A stretch of 64,000 nt of DNA, taken from positions 38,922 through 102,921 of the forward strand of contig JBKCUU010000011.1 in assembly GCA_046318155.1 (NCBI GenBank). The letters run 5' to 3'. This DNA comes from Bdellovibrio sp. GTDB taxonomy: Bacteria; Bdellovibrionota; Bdellovibrionia; Bdellovibrionales; Bdellovibrionaceae. This document shows, piece by piece, positions 1-9,996 of the stretch (within the stretch, counting starts at the first letter, position 1; each line of letters begins with the position of its first letter). The translations under genes were made by a program, and so were the position numbers. A model generated the notes under the pieces. That model had not been told where the DNA came from. It made no database searches and saw only the letters and a list, made by a program, of their open reading frames with translations.

Positions 1-27
1 AGCGCCGGGTCTAATATAGAGTTTCAT
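1..27 (-). CDS. N-terminus of probable glutathione S-transferase (truncated by window edge)
   Basis: Reverse strand reads MKLYIRPGA with a GGAGG RBS at 34-38; resembles the beta-class GST start MKLYYxPGAC. Confidence 0.6.
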
Positions 28-173
28 GAAAGCCTCCGTTACTTTGAAGTATTTTGAAGGCCCAGGGCCTTCGTTAAGATTGAAGACCAGTTCACACCCA
101 AGATTGGCATCACGGCAAGGCGCGAGCGTTGCGGCTTTCCCGGGCGTGCTCGGCGGGAGCCATTAAATAGATT

Positions 174-971
174 TTAGTTTTTCCAGGGCGGAGAATGACC
201 AAGTTCAGCTTCTGGCGAACGGCCTAGATACTGGAGGCGTTCCCATTCGCGGGCCAAAAAACGACGTCCTTCGACACGAGCCGTCTGCTCAGAGGACTGC
301 TTGGTGTCGCAAGCCGAATTGGGATCGTAACTGTTGGTCGAGCAGATCGAAATCGCGGCGTTCGGTGCATGCATCAGATCGAGCCACTCTTGCGCTTTCA
401 ATGGACGTTTCGCTTCAATGGCCGGGTCAAAGACGTAGTACTCAGTCCCAACGCGAACGATTGGCGCCACATGGTACCACCAAGTGACGACTCCGTCCGG
501 ATGATTGGGACTGTTCACGGCCAGACTACCAAAGGCAAAAATCTTTGCAGGCGCCAGAGCTCCCTGTGCTTGAAGGTGGCGGGCGGCCAGTTCAGCCCTC
601 GCGTAGCAACCATCATCCGGAAAAAGCCAAGTCAGTCGGCGGTCGCGGTTTTGAGCATCTTTGAGCATCTTTTCATCACGGAGGTCTTGAAAACGTCCCT
701 GCAGGAGCTCAGGCGCCAAGGCGGGAACTCCCTTCCAGTTGGCTTCTTTCCAGGCTTTTTTGGCTTGAAGAGCTGAAGGGGTTGAGGTCTGAGCTGTGAT
801 GGCTTGCGTTCGCTGGCGGAGCTCGTGGAACTGGATGATGCTCTCGCTCGAGAGTTGAGCCGAACGCTTGGCAGAGAGTCCGCCGCGTGTTTGAGCGAAA
901 GATGTCGAACTCAACAAAACAAAGGCGACAAGGGCCGAAAGTGATCCCGAAGGTGTTAGAAGTGAGCGCAT
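174..971 (-). CDS. Secreted protein-glutaminase (protein-glutamine glutaminase) domain protein
   Basis: Signal peptide; DGCYARA (Cys), WWYHVAP (His) and VFDP (Asp) match the protein-glutaminase triad motifs; start chosen at MRSLL. Confidence 0.8.
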   Translation of the reverse strand: MRSLLTPSGSLSALVAFVLLSSTSFAQTRGGLSAKRSAQLSSESIIQFHELRQRTQAITAQTSTPSALQAKKAWKEANWKGVPALAPELLQGRFQDLRDEKMLKDAQNRDRRLTWLFPDDGCYARAELAARHLQAQGALAPAKIFAFGSLAVNSPNHPDGVVTWWYHVAPIVRVGTEYYVFDPAIEAKRPLKAQEWLDLMHAPNAAISICSTNSYDPNSACDTKQSSEQTARVEGRRFLAREWERLQYLGRSPEAELGHSPPWKN

Positions 972-1196
972 GGAGGTCCCCTGAAAGTGGTCGAAGCTTA
1001 GCTTATAAAGCATGGTTTTGATTAGAATTCTTACCACCGTTCCCCTTTTTCAATCACTGTGTGATTTGTTCGACAGTTAGGACCGTGTTCCAAAAATTTG
1101 GTGGCGAGTTCGCAAGGGTTGCAGTCGCCCCTCGACAATGGCCTCAATTTAAACAAATCCAGTGCCATCTCCGGAGCGTCTTTTTATGCTTAAGCC

Positions 1197-2009
1197 ATGA
1201 TTCAAGCAAAACACGTCATGAATCTCTCGACCCCGGTGCTGAGCTTTGATGCGACCGTCGCGGAAGCTATTGAATTTATGAGAAAAAACTCGGCCGGTTT
1301 TGTCGCCGTTCGTGCCAGCGACGAACGTTTTCAAGGGGTGCTGACCGAAGGCGGCTTGGTTCGCGTTTACTTGCGCTACCAACTCCAAGCGGACAAAGAG
1401 GCTCTGATTCTTTATCGCGATCTTTTGGAGCCGATGCAGCTGATCCACGAAGAGGAAGTCTTCCCCGAGGTGGTCAGAAAACTTCTGACGGCCGTTGGCC
1501 ACCGCATATTTGTGATCAACAACGGGGGCCAGGTTGTGGGTTACGTGACCGCCAAGGATGTTTTGCCTTACTTTACGGCGGCGCCTCGCGGAAAACCCAC
1601 CGACCAAAACGAGTCTCTCAAGTCAGATCTCTATATGTACGAAAGCTTTTTTGATAAAAGTCCATTCATGATGCATTCTGTGAACAAAGACGGCGTCATT
1701 CAGATGGCCAATGAGATGCTTCACAGCGTGCTCGAGTTTCCGTACGGCGAGTTGATTGGTAAAACAATTTTTGATTTGTATCCGAAAGAAGCCCACAAGT
1801 ATGCGGAAGAGGGTTTGAAGACAATTTTGTCTCAAGGCTACCACAAGGTCGTCAGGTCACAGATGCTGACCAAAACGGGCAAATCAGTTGAGGTTGAGTT
1901 GGTCTCGCGCGTTTTGACGAATCAGTTTCAAGATCCCATTGGGACCATGACCGTCGCGCGGCCGATCGAAATGGCGGTTCTTCTTAAAACACTTCAGCTG
2001 TCTGAGTAA
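1197..2009 (+). CDS. CBS-pair plus PAS domain protein
   Basis: N-terminal tandem CBS (ATVAEAIEFM, GVLTE, VGYVTAKD); C-terminal PAS (G.IQMAN, ELIGKTIFDLYP). Confidence 0.75.
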   Translation: MIQAKHVMNLSTPVLSFDATVAEAIEFMRKNSAGFVAVRASDERFQGVLTEGGLVRVYLRYQLQADKEALILYRDLLEPMQLIHEEEVFPEVVRKLLTAVGHRIFVINNGGQVVGYVTAKDVLPYFTAAPRGKPTDQNESLKSDLYMYESFFDKSPFMMHSVNKDGVIQMANEMLHSVLEFPYGELIGKTIFDLYPKEAHKYAEEGLKTILSQGYHKVVRSQMLTKTGKSVEVELVSRVLTNQFQDPIGTMTVARPIEMAVLLKTLQLSE

Positions 2010-2901
2010 ATCCAGCTTTGATATCGGGAGCTGAGCAGGCACCGGGTTTGCGCATTTCATTGCGGATCTTCGCGAGCTCGGTACGAGTGATCTGAAGATC
2101 TTTGGTGTCACAGCCATTGGCGAGCAAGAGATCCGAAATTTTTTCGGTCTCGTTAGCGAACATCACCATTTTCCAAATCAATTTGATTTTCAGCCAGTTC
2201 GTTAAGTACGTGCACTGATATTTGGTGTTTGGCGGCATGTACTCATCAGGACCGCGATCACCCTTGCGCATGTTTTCGCGTCCGCTCGCTGAGATGAGGT
2301 GGAAGGTGTTTCCCAAAAAGTTTCCGTAAAGACAGCGAGTCTCTGGCGTCCATTGCCAGCCACCGGAGATGTAGGCGTGCTTGAGCGGAACCATGTGATC
2401 AATTTGAATTTGCCGAGAGGACTCATACAAGTCCCCTGTGTAGGGGTCTTTCCAAAGACCCGTGTCGACAAGACATTTGTTGTTGCCACGAAAGGTCACT
2501 TTCTTTGAGGAGTCGCGGATCAAGACTTTTGCACGGACATTGTAGCAGTTTTCATCATCGGGATCATTGACCCAGCTGCCAAAGTGCTTGCGACGGCTGT
2601 AAGGTTCGGAGGCCACAGGAGGTGCCTTGTCGTGATGAACCCATTTGAGAAGAGAGATCGAAGAGGCTGCGGCTTCAGCGGCTGTGAAAAGTTCAGTGTC
2701 AACAAACAGAGTAACGGGATCTTCCCAACTGGAATTTTTTGCGGTCGAGGCCTCGTCAAGAGTGAAGTACTCAAGTTCTCTTGATGGATCTGTTTTTTGA
2801 CCGGAGAGATGACTGTCGATCTGAAAAGCAAACGTGGTGGTGGACACTAGTAGTAGTCCGACCGCCCAAGACACACGAGACAAGCCGTGCAGTTTGAACA
2901 T
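1984..2901 (-). CDS. Secreted HNH endonuclease (DUF1524-like)
   Basis: Signal peptide; W.DPYTG, IQIDHMVPL..A..SG and N..KGDRGP..YMP motifs. Confidence 0.75.
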   Translation of the reverse strand: MFKLHGLSRVSWAVGLLLVSTTTFAFQIDSHLSGQKTDPSRELEYFTLDEASTAKNSSWEDPVTLFVDTELFTAAEAAASSISLLKWVHHDKAPPVASEPYSRRKHFGSWVNDPDDENCYNVRAKVLIRDSSKKVTFRGNNKCLVDTGLWKDPYTGDLYESSRQIQIDHMVPLKHAYISGGWQWTPETRCLYGNFLGNTFHLISASGRENMRKGDRGPDEYMPPNTKYQCTYLTNWLKIKLIWKMVMFANETEKISDLLLANGCDTKDLQITRTELAKIRNEMRKPGACSAPDIKAGFTQTAEVF

Positions 2902-3117
2902 GAATCCCCCTCGTTGAATCAATTGAAACCGGCCCCGACCAAAGAATCAAGTAGAGCTCCGTCAGGTTTCTCTCAAGACTCATATGGTCGCGCCTGCAAC
3001 GACGCACCATTTCTTTGTTTATGCGTGGCAGCAGTGGTCGAGTTTGCCAGCCAACAAAGGAGCTGGGTTGTTTCCTTTTAAGCTTTCTTAATATGCTGAA
3101 ACAACTCGATTATTATC

Positions 3118-3167
3118 ATATTCAAACGTTTGATTGAATATAACGTTGTGTTAATCAAGTGATTGAA
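3118..3167. promoter_or_regulatory. Two probable TetR operator palindromes
   Basis: ATATTCAA-N8-TTGAATAT (3118-3141) and TTAATCA-AG-TGATTGA (3151-3166) share the half-site TGATTGAA and lie directly upstream of tetR. Confidence 0.65.
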
Positions 3168-3180
3168 ATACGATGATTTC

Positions 3181-3894
3181 ATGGTTGATGACACAAGAAA
3201 TGACAAAAAAACTGAAAAACAAATCAGTGATCGAGTGGCGCAAGAAACAGAAGGCTCGATTCTTCCTGCCGATCTCGAGAGCGGCTCGCGCGACAAACTT
3301 AAAGACGTGGCCATGCGCTTGTTTGCGGAGCGTGGAATTGATGGCGTGAGTACGCGCGATATCGCCAAAGAAGCAGGCGTGAACATCAGTCTGATCAGCT
3401 ACTACTTCGGCGGTAAAGAGGGTCTGTACAAAACAACGATCAAGGAATTTGCCGAAGCTGCCGTGCTTGAGTTGACCGCATTGATGGATGGCTACGCAGC
3501 CCAGACGCTTGATCAAGTAACTTACGTGAAGCTCATGCGTGGAATTTTAACTGGCATCATTACGTTTAAAATCCGCTCTCCCTATATGAGCGAATTGATG
3601 ATGCGAGAAATGCTGGCGGGTCTTCCGCACATGCGTGACGTTTATGAAACTCTATTTAACACCGTTGCCGTTCGTATTATGAATGTGCTCACGATGGCCC
3701 AGAAAAAGGGGATCGTTCATTCTGATGTGAATGTTCATACTTTGCTTTTTTCGATGATTCATTCGATGGACGTTTATTTTTTCGCCAGTAAATGCGGAAC
3801 CCCGTTTATGCAGCAGTCGTACAAGATGCCGCAGGACAAAGAACTTTTAGTTGATCAATTCACCAAGATATTTGTTGAGGGAGTGATGAAATGA
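3181..3894 (+). CDS. TetR/AcrR family transcriptional regulator
   Basis: LFAERGIDGVSTRDIAKEAGVNISLISYYFGGKEGLY HTH; start could be 3163. Confidence 0.95.
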   Translation: MVDDTRNDKKTEKQISDRVAQETEGSILPADLESGSRDKLKDVAMRLFAERGIDGVSTRDIAKEAGVNISLISYYFGGKEGLYKTTIKEFAEAAVLELTALMDGYAAQTLDQVTYVKLMRGILTGIITFKIRSPYMSELMMREMLAGLPHMRDVYETLFNTVAVRIMNVLTMAQKKGIVHSDVNVHTLLFSMIHSMDVYFFASKCGTPFMQQSYKMPQDKELLVDQFTKIFVEGVMK

Positions 3895-5321
3895 GATGGC
3901 AAGTTGCCGTGTTATTGGTGCTTTTGGCACCTTTTATGGTGCAAGCACTGACGCTTGAGGAATACCTCGCTCAGGTCAAATCTAAACACCGAGGCTTGCA
4001 AGCTTTGCAGGCTTCGAAAAGCGCGGCTCTTGCACGGCGCGAAGCTGGGGATGTGGGCCTCTCTCCTGTTTTGACTTTAAAAGCAACGTCTCTCGATGAC
4101 AAAAAGCCACAAAACTTGGGCAACTTCGTAACGGATCATACCGAAGTTGTCGATTACTCGTTGGGTTTGGGAAAGTCGTTTTCGACCGGGACGAATGCTC
4201 AGATCACCGCCAACGCCAATGCAACCACGGTTTCGGGAACAAATTTTGGTTCAACCCCACCCGGATCAATCAGTCAAACCAACGGGACGGGGTCCTTGGG
4301 CCTTGCGTTGTCACAATCGCTCTGGAAGGGCGGTTTTGGTCGCAACGTTCGCTTCCGGCAAGCGCGCGAAGTCCAAATCGAACGCACCGAAAGACAATCC
4401 TATGATCTGCAGGGGCAACAAATTTTGATTCAAGCAGAAGCGGCTTATTGGGATGTCTTGTTTCAACGTGATGAATTGAAACTGCGCAAAGATTCGCTCG
4501 AGCGTGCCAAGCGGATCGGTTCATGGGTCAGCCGCCGAGTTTCTAATGGCATCGGTGATGAAGCAGATTCGTACAACGCACAAAGCTTGGTTGCGGGACG
4601 TGAACTTCAGTTGCTGGTCGCACAAGATGACCTGATTGCGGTCGAGCAGCGTTTAAGAGACATCCTTGAGTTGCCACCGGGAGAGAAGCTGCCAATCTTG
4701 ACCGGAGACCTGAACGGCGTTCGTCGCCTCGAGCAAATGGCGCAAGGTCAATCTGGCCGCAAAATCCGTCTGGATGCTTATCTGGCTGTCCTCGAGGCCA
4801 AAACAAAAGTCATCATCGCCGACGAAGTCGAAGACAGTTACAGGCCAGATCTCGTGCTCGAGGGTTTGTACCGCACTAATTCGGCAGAAGCGAACTTGCG
4901 AGAGGCTTCAAATCAAATCTCTGATCGCAGTCGTCCCACGCAGTCAATTGGCGTGAAGTTGGTTTGGCTTTTGGACGACGATGTCAAAAATGCGGCCCGC
5001 CAAACGGCAAAGTCTGAGGCGCTTTCGGCCGCCCTGAAGAAAGAACGGCAATTGCTCGAGAGCGATTCAGCTTGGAGTGAAATCAACCGCCGCCACATCG
5101 AGCTAGGACGAAAGATTCAAGCTGCTCAAGTGGTGAGCGATCTGCAAACCAAAAAAGCCGCCGCTCAGCGTGACAAGCTTTCAAAAGGTCGCTCGATCAC
5201 CTCGGACGTGATTACGGCCGAACAAGATGCGGCCGAAGCCGTGTCGACTTTGATTCGTCTAAAGACCGAACAGCGTAAACTAGAAGCCCAAGGTCGCTTG
5301 TTTGTGACCTATGAGGAGTAA
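3891..5321 (+). CDS. TolC-family outer membrane efflux protein
   Basis: Signal peptide, two helical repeats, position between tetR and the RND pump. Confidence 0.85.
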   Translation: MRWQVAVLLVLLAPFMVQALTLEEYLAQVKSKHRGLQALQASKSAALARREAGDVGLSPVLTLKATSLDDKKPQNLGNFVTDHTEVVDYSLGLGKSFSTGTNAQITANANATTVSGTNFGSTPPGSISQTNGTGSLGLALSQSLWKGGFGRNVRFRQAREVQIERTERQSYDLQGQQILIQAEAAYWDVLFQRDELKLRKDSLERAKRIGSWVSRRVSNGIGDEADSYNAQSLVAGRELQLLVAQDDLIAVEQRLRDILELPPGEKLPILTGDLNGVRRLEQMAQGQSGRKIRLDAYLAVLEAKTKVIIADEVEDSYRPDLVLEGLYRTNSAEANLREASNQISDRSRPTQSIGVKLVWLLDDDVKNAARQTAKSEALSAALKKERQLLESDSAWSEINRRHIELGRKIQAAQVVSDLQTKKAAAQRDKLSKGRSITSDVITAEQDAAEAVSTLIRLKTEQRKLEAQGRLFVTYEE

Positions 5322-5324
5322 TTT

Positions 5325-8300
5325 ATGAATTTGGCAGCACTCTCAATCAAACGTCCGATTTTTATTACGTGCATTGTACTCTTGATGCTCGTGCTCGGCG
5401 CAATGAGTATGAAAAAGATGAGTGTCGATCTGTTTCCCGACGTGACGTTTCCGATTGTTTTTGTTCAGTCGATCTACCCCGGGGCGTCGCCGGTCGACAT
5501 GGAAAAGCTTGTTTCAAAACCGATCGAAGATGAACTGGGTTCGCTTTCGGGTCTGGATACAATGTCCTCAACAAATGCGGAGTCTGTCTCTTACGTCATT
5601 TTAAAATTTAAACTTGGGACTGACATTAAGGATGCTGAACAGCAGGTCCGGCAGCGCATTGGGAATATTCGCAAGAATCTTCCGGATGAACTCGAACAAC
5701 CCGTGATTCGTCGGCTTGATCCTGCTGATCAAGCCGTTGTTCAGTTGGCCGTCGTGTCGGATATGGATCCTGCCGAGCTTTATGACGTCACGAATGAAAT
5801 CATCAAACCCAAGTTCGAAACCGTGGCCGGTGTCGGTCAGGTTTTGATTGTTGGTGGAACCAAAAAAGAGATCCAAGTCCTGGTTGATAAGTCTAAATTG
5901 CAAGACCGTCGCTTGTCGTTGCTACAGGTTTCGGACCGCATTCGCAGTACGTCGAAAGACGTTCCTGTCGGAAAGCTGGATACAGGTGATAGCGAGATGG
6001 TGTTTCGTGCGACGGGGGAGTTTGAAAAAGTAGACTCTCTCAAAAAAGTAAACGTGAGCTTTTTTGGTAGTGATCAGGCCGTTGCACTTGAATCAATCGC
6101 CGAGGTCAAGGAAGGCTTAGAAGAACGCAAATCCATTGCGACAGTCATGGTCCGCTCAGAGGACTTTAAAAAAGTCCCCTCGATCTTTGTCTCTGTCTTC
6201 AAGCAATCGGGTTCGAACACGATTGCCGTCGTGGATACGTCGCTCAAGCGTTTACCCGAGGTGAACAAGATGCTGAAGGACCGCGGTATTAAGGCTGAGG
6301 TTAAAGTTGTTCGAGAAAATGCGCGCCCCATTCGCTTGAACGTCGCAGACGTTCGCGAGTCGATCGTGATCGGGATCATTCTTTGTATCATCGTGGTTTT
6401 CTTTTTCTTGGGATCCGGACGCTCGACCTTTATTACGGCCATGGCTCTGCCAAATTCGCTGCTTGGTGGATTTGTCATTATGTACGCCATGGGGTTTACG
6501 ATTAATATCCTGACCTTGCTCGCCCTGTCGTTAGCCGTGGGTCTTTTGATCGACGATGCGATCGTGGTTCGAGAAAATATTTTTCGTCACTTAGAAATGG
6601 GTAAATCGCCCATGCAGGCGGCGCTTGAGGGAACAAAAGAGGTTGCTCTCGCTGTGATTGCGACAACTCTTGTTGTTATCGCGGTGTTTGGTCCGATCGC
6701 CTTTTTATCGGGGATCGTGGGGCAGTTTTTCAAGCAGTTTGGTCTGACCGTGGTCTTTACGATGCTGATCTCATTGTTCGACGCTTTTACCGTCGCTCCG
6801 ATGCTGTCAGCCTACATGGCAACCAAGCACGAGAAAGACAAAGGCACAGGTTTCATCGCCCGAATGCTGGCGGGCTTTGATCGTTTTCAAACAGGGCTCG
6901 AAAGTGTCTACGAATCTTCGCTGGAGTGGGTTCTTAAAAATCCTAAAAAAGTCTTGCTGATGGGGTTTGGAACTTTCGTTGCCAGCATTTTATTGGCCCG
7001 GTTTATCCCGGCGACCTTTTTGCCCGCGCAGGATAACGGCGAGTTTATCGTGGGGATCGAAAAACCCGTGGGGACTTCGCTCGAAGCGACGGGTCAGTTT
7101 ATGCTCAAAGTTGAACAGATGCTCAAAGACAACAAGTCCGTTGAACTGATTGCCTCGACAGTGGGGTCGACCTCGGGGCAAAGTGAATCCAATAAAGGTT
7201 CTTTCTACGTGCGCCTGGTGCCACGCAAAGACCGGGATTCAAATACGACGGGGGTTAAAGAGACCTTGCGTAAAACATTTGAACCTTTGCAGGCCGAAGC
7301 TCGACTCGAGATCGGGGACATTAACATCGGTGGCAATGCCGAGAAGGTCTTGAACCTAAACTTAATCGGGGATGATCTGGACACCTTAAGCGCCTATGCC
7401 GACAAGCTGGCCGCTCGGGTTAAGCAAGTAAAAGGATTGGCTGACGTGGATACCAATTACCGCAGTGGTAAGCCAGAATTTCACATCGACTTTAAGCGTT
7501 CGCAGTCAGAATCACTGGGGGTCTCGACGGTGACAGCGGGGGCTGAGTTGCGTGCACGGGTTGAGGGGGTGATCGCTGGGACCTTCCGCAACAACGGAAT
7601 CGAGTACGACATTCGCGTGCGTCTGCGAGATCGGGACCGTGATTTGCGCCAAGAGTTTGCAACGACGATGGTTCCGAACACCAACTTCAATCAGATTCCC
7701 TTGGCGAAAATTGCCGAGGGCGTCGAGACCAAGGGATTTTCACAGATCAACCGTCAGAACAAAGCCCGGTACATCAATATCGGAGCAAATTTGGGTGCGG
7801 GCGGATCGCTTGGAAATGCGACAACAGACATCGAGAACATCATCGCCAAAGAGCCTGAATTTGCGCCGCCTGCGGGTGTGAGTTACAAGTTCATCGGGCA
7901 GGCCGAAGATTTTAAAGAGCTCATGCAAAACATGATTCTGGCGATGCTCTTGGGTGTGTTGTTCATCTACCTAGTTCTGGCTTCGCTGTATGAGAGTTTT
8001 GTCACCCCCTTCACGATCTTGCTGGCACTCCCCTTGGGGATTTCGGGTGCCTTGTTTGCGCTCTTAATAATGGGTAAGACCCTGGACCTGTTTTCGATGA
8101 TTGGTTTTGTCATGCTCCTCGGAGTCGTGGCCAAGAATTCGATCTTACTTGTGGATTACACCAAGCATTTGACCGAGGGCGGAATGGATCGAAGCCGCGC
8201 TATCGTGAAAGCGGGACGCACACGGCTTCGCCCCATCTTGATGACAAGCTTTGCTTTGATCGGCGGAGTCATCCCAATTGCCATCGGCCTCAATGAAGCC

Positions 8301-8516
8301 TCGGCTCAGCGAACTTCGATGGGAGTTGCGATCATTGGTGGTCTGATCAGCTCGACGTTCTTGACGTTGTTGGTGGTTCCGGCGGCTTACGGTTATATCG
8401 ATGACTTTAGACTGTGGTCGTCGCGTCTAGTTTTGCGTCTCCGTGACGGAAAGACAGGAGCCCATGCTCGTCATTCGGGTCCCGTGACCGTGGATCAAAT
8501 CGCGGGTCCAAAGTAA
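5325..8516 (+). CDS. RND efflux permease (AcrB/AcrD/AcrF family)
   Basis: 1063 aa; GLLIDDAIVVREN, GVVAKNSILLVD and RLRPILMT motifs. Confidence 0.97.
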   Translation: MNLAALSIKRPIFITCIVLLMLVLGAMSMKKMSVDLFPDVTFPIVFVQSIYPGASPVDMEKLVSKPIEDELGSLSGLDTMSSTNAESVSYVILKFKLGTDIKDAEQQVRQRIGNIRKNLPDELEQPVIRRLDPADQAVVQLAVVSDMDPAELYDVTNEIIKPKFETVAGVGQVLIVGGTKKEIQVLVDKSKLQDRRLSLLQVSDRIRSTSKDVPVGKLDTGDSEMVFRATGEFEKVDSLKKVNVSFFGSDQAVALESIAEVKEGLEERKSIATVMVRSEDFKKVPSIFVSVFKQSGSNTIAVVDTSLKRLPEVNKMLKDRGIKAEVKVVRENARPIRLNVADVRESIVIGIILCIIVVFFFLGSGRSTFITAMALPNSLLGGFVIMYAMGFTINILTLLALSLAVGLLIDDAIVVRENIFRHLEMGKSPMQAALEGTKEVALAVIATTLVVIAVFGPIAFLSGIVGQFFKQFGLTVVFTMLISLFDAFTVAPMLSAYMATKHEKDKGTGFIARMLAGFDRFQTGLESVYESSLEWVLKNPKKVLLMGFGTFVASILLARFIPATFLPAQDNGEFIVGIEKPVGTSLEATGQFMLKVEQMLKDNKSVELIASTVGSTSGQSESNKGSFYVRLVPRKDRDSNTTGVKETLRKTFEPLQAEARLEIGDINIGGNAEKVLNLNLIGDDLDTLSAYADKLAARVKQVKGLADVDTNYRSGKPEFHIDFKRSQSESLGVSTVTAGAELRARVEGVIAGTFRNNGIEYDIRVRLRDRDRDLRQEFATTMVPNTNFNQIPLAKIAEGVETKGFSQINRQNKARYINIGANLGAGGSLGNATTDIENIIAKEPEFAPPAGVSYKFIGQAEDFKELMQNMILAMLLGVLFIYLVLASLYESFVTPFTILLALPLGISGALFALLIMGKTLDLFSMIGFVMLLGVVAKNSILLVDYTKHLTEGGMDRSRAIVKAGRTRLRPILMTSFALIGGVIPIAIGLNEASAQRTSMGVAIIGGLISSTFLTLLVVPAAYGYIDDFRLWSSRLVLRLRDGKTGAHARHSGPVTVDQIAGPK

Positions 8517-9985
8517 TCTGGTTTGACTGTTTTTAGGTTCATCAAGGCTCGAAGAGATCTGATTTCTTCGAGCTTTTTGTTGTAAGGACCCCAATCATCT
8601 TGCTGATCAATCGGCGCCCAGAGGGCTTCGATCTCATCAATCAAAAGCGTCACGGGCGCGGCTCTTTGCAAGAGGGGGTGCTCACCTCGCTCGTGGCTGT
8701 CGATTGCAAATTTTTTGAGTTCATCGCAAAGCAAAAGACCCGCTTGAGTTCCCGTGTAGAGAGCGGCCTGCGGTGACATCGGCCATGGGCCGGTGCCTTG
8801 ATCCAAGGTGTTCCAGTTTCGACGGCAGCAATCAAAGAAGGTCTGCTCGTATTTGGTTGGCTGAGCCTCTTGAAAGTGGAAAAAGGCTCGAAGCAGGGTG
8901 TTATTCTCGTCAGTCGTGCGCGGTTTCAAGTTCAGCTTGTGCAAAAACATCAGCATCGTGCTGTCCGAAAAAATGTCGCCAAAATCGGCCAAAATTTCGG
9001 AGGTCGGGAGTTCGGGTACCAAGACTTCAAGGCTGCTCGCGAGCTGCTGGACAGCCCACAAGACCATTTGTGGTTGCCGGCCAAACGCGTACAGGCCTTG
9101 ATGGTCAAAGTAAGCGGCCGTAAATCCCGGATCGTAGTGGGGGAGAAACCGGTAGGGCCCGTAATCAAAAGATTCGCCGGTGATGTTTAAATTATCCGTA
9201 TTCAGAACGGCATGAACAAAGCCGGCAATCATCCACTGCGCTGTCAGGTGCGCCAATCGGTGGCTCACGTTCTTAAGAAATTGAACGGCAAGCAGGCCCG
9301 TGTCTTCATTGGGATCTAGTTCGGTGATGAGGTGTCTGGCTGAATAGCGAAGTAGAGCTTCAAGTGCTGTCTTATTTTGAAAGTAGGCCAGGCGCTGAAA
9401 GGTGCCGATCCTGATGTGCGAGTGGCTAAACCTGGTCAGCACGGCCGATCGTGTGGGCGAGGGTTCATCGCCCCTGGTCAAGGGCTCACCCGTTTCAAAG
9501 AAGCAGAACGTGCGGCTGGTGTTGACGCCAACGGCCTCGAGAAGTTCCGTGGCCAATGATTCTCTGAAGGCCCCTTTAAGGGTCAGGCGGCCGTCGCCTC
9601 GCCGAGAGTAGGGTGTGGTGCCGGAGCCCTTGGTGCCAAAGTCCCAGAGTTTTCCTTGCCACTGCACCTGAGCGTACAAAAAGCCGCGTCCATCCCCCAG
9701 GTCAGGATTGTAATGTTGAAACTGATGCCCGTGGTAGCGAAGCGCGAGAGGCTTTGTAAGGCTTGAGGGAAACGGCTTAAATTCTTGAAACCGTTCTCTT
9801 TTTTGCGCCAGCTCTGGATACTCGGCCGTCCAGCCCATTTGATCGACAAGATCCTGATTCCAATACCGTAGGTGACTTTCAGGAAAGACAGCCGGCTTGA
9901 CGGCATCATAGAATTCCGGCCCCAATTCGAGGAGATTTTTTGCAAGGAGGGCCTTTGTGTTGACAGAATCAGAGGGCTGGCTCAC
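8495..9985 (-). CDS. selO: Protein adenylyltransferase SelO (YdiU family)
   Basis: YHGHQF, LGDGRG, KGSG.TPYSRRGDGR, GFVHAVLNTDN, DYGP motifs. Confidence 0.93.
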   Translation of the reverse strand: MSQPSDSVNTKALLAKNLLELGPEFYDAVKPAVFPESHLRYWNQDLVDQMGWTAEYPELAQKRERFQEFKPFPSSLTKPLALRYHGHQFQHYNPDLGDGRGFLYAQVQWQGKLWDFGTKGSGTTPYSRRGDGRLTLKGAFRESLATELLEAVGVNTSRTFCFFETGEPLTRGDEPSPTRSAVLTRFSHSHIRIGTFQRLAYFQNKTALEALLRYSARHLITELDPNEDTGLLAVQFLKNVSHRLAHLTAQWMIAGFVHAVLNTDNLNITGESFDYGPYRFLPHYDPGFTAAYFDHQGLYAFGRQPQMVLWAVQQLASSLEVLVPELPTSEILADFGDIFSDSTMLMFLHKLNLKPRTTDENNTLLRAFFHFQEAQPTKYEQTFFDCCRRNWNTLDQGTGPWPMSPQAALYTGTQAGLLLCDELKKFAIDSHERGEHPLLQRAAPVTLLIDEIEALWAPIDQQDDWGPYNKKLEEIRSLRALMNLKTVKPDYFGPAI

Positions 9986-9996
9986 AAGTTTTGTCT

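Noticed and set aside
1984..2901. GmrSD-type anti-phage nuclease
   Set aside because: Has a signal peptide, no DUF262 partner and no defence-island context
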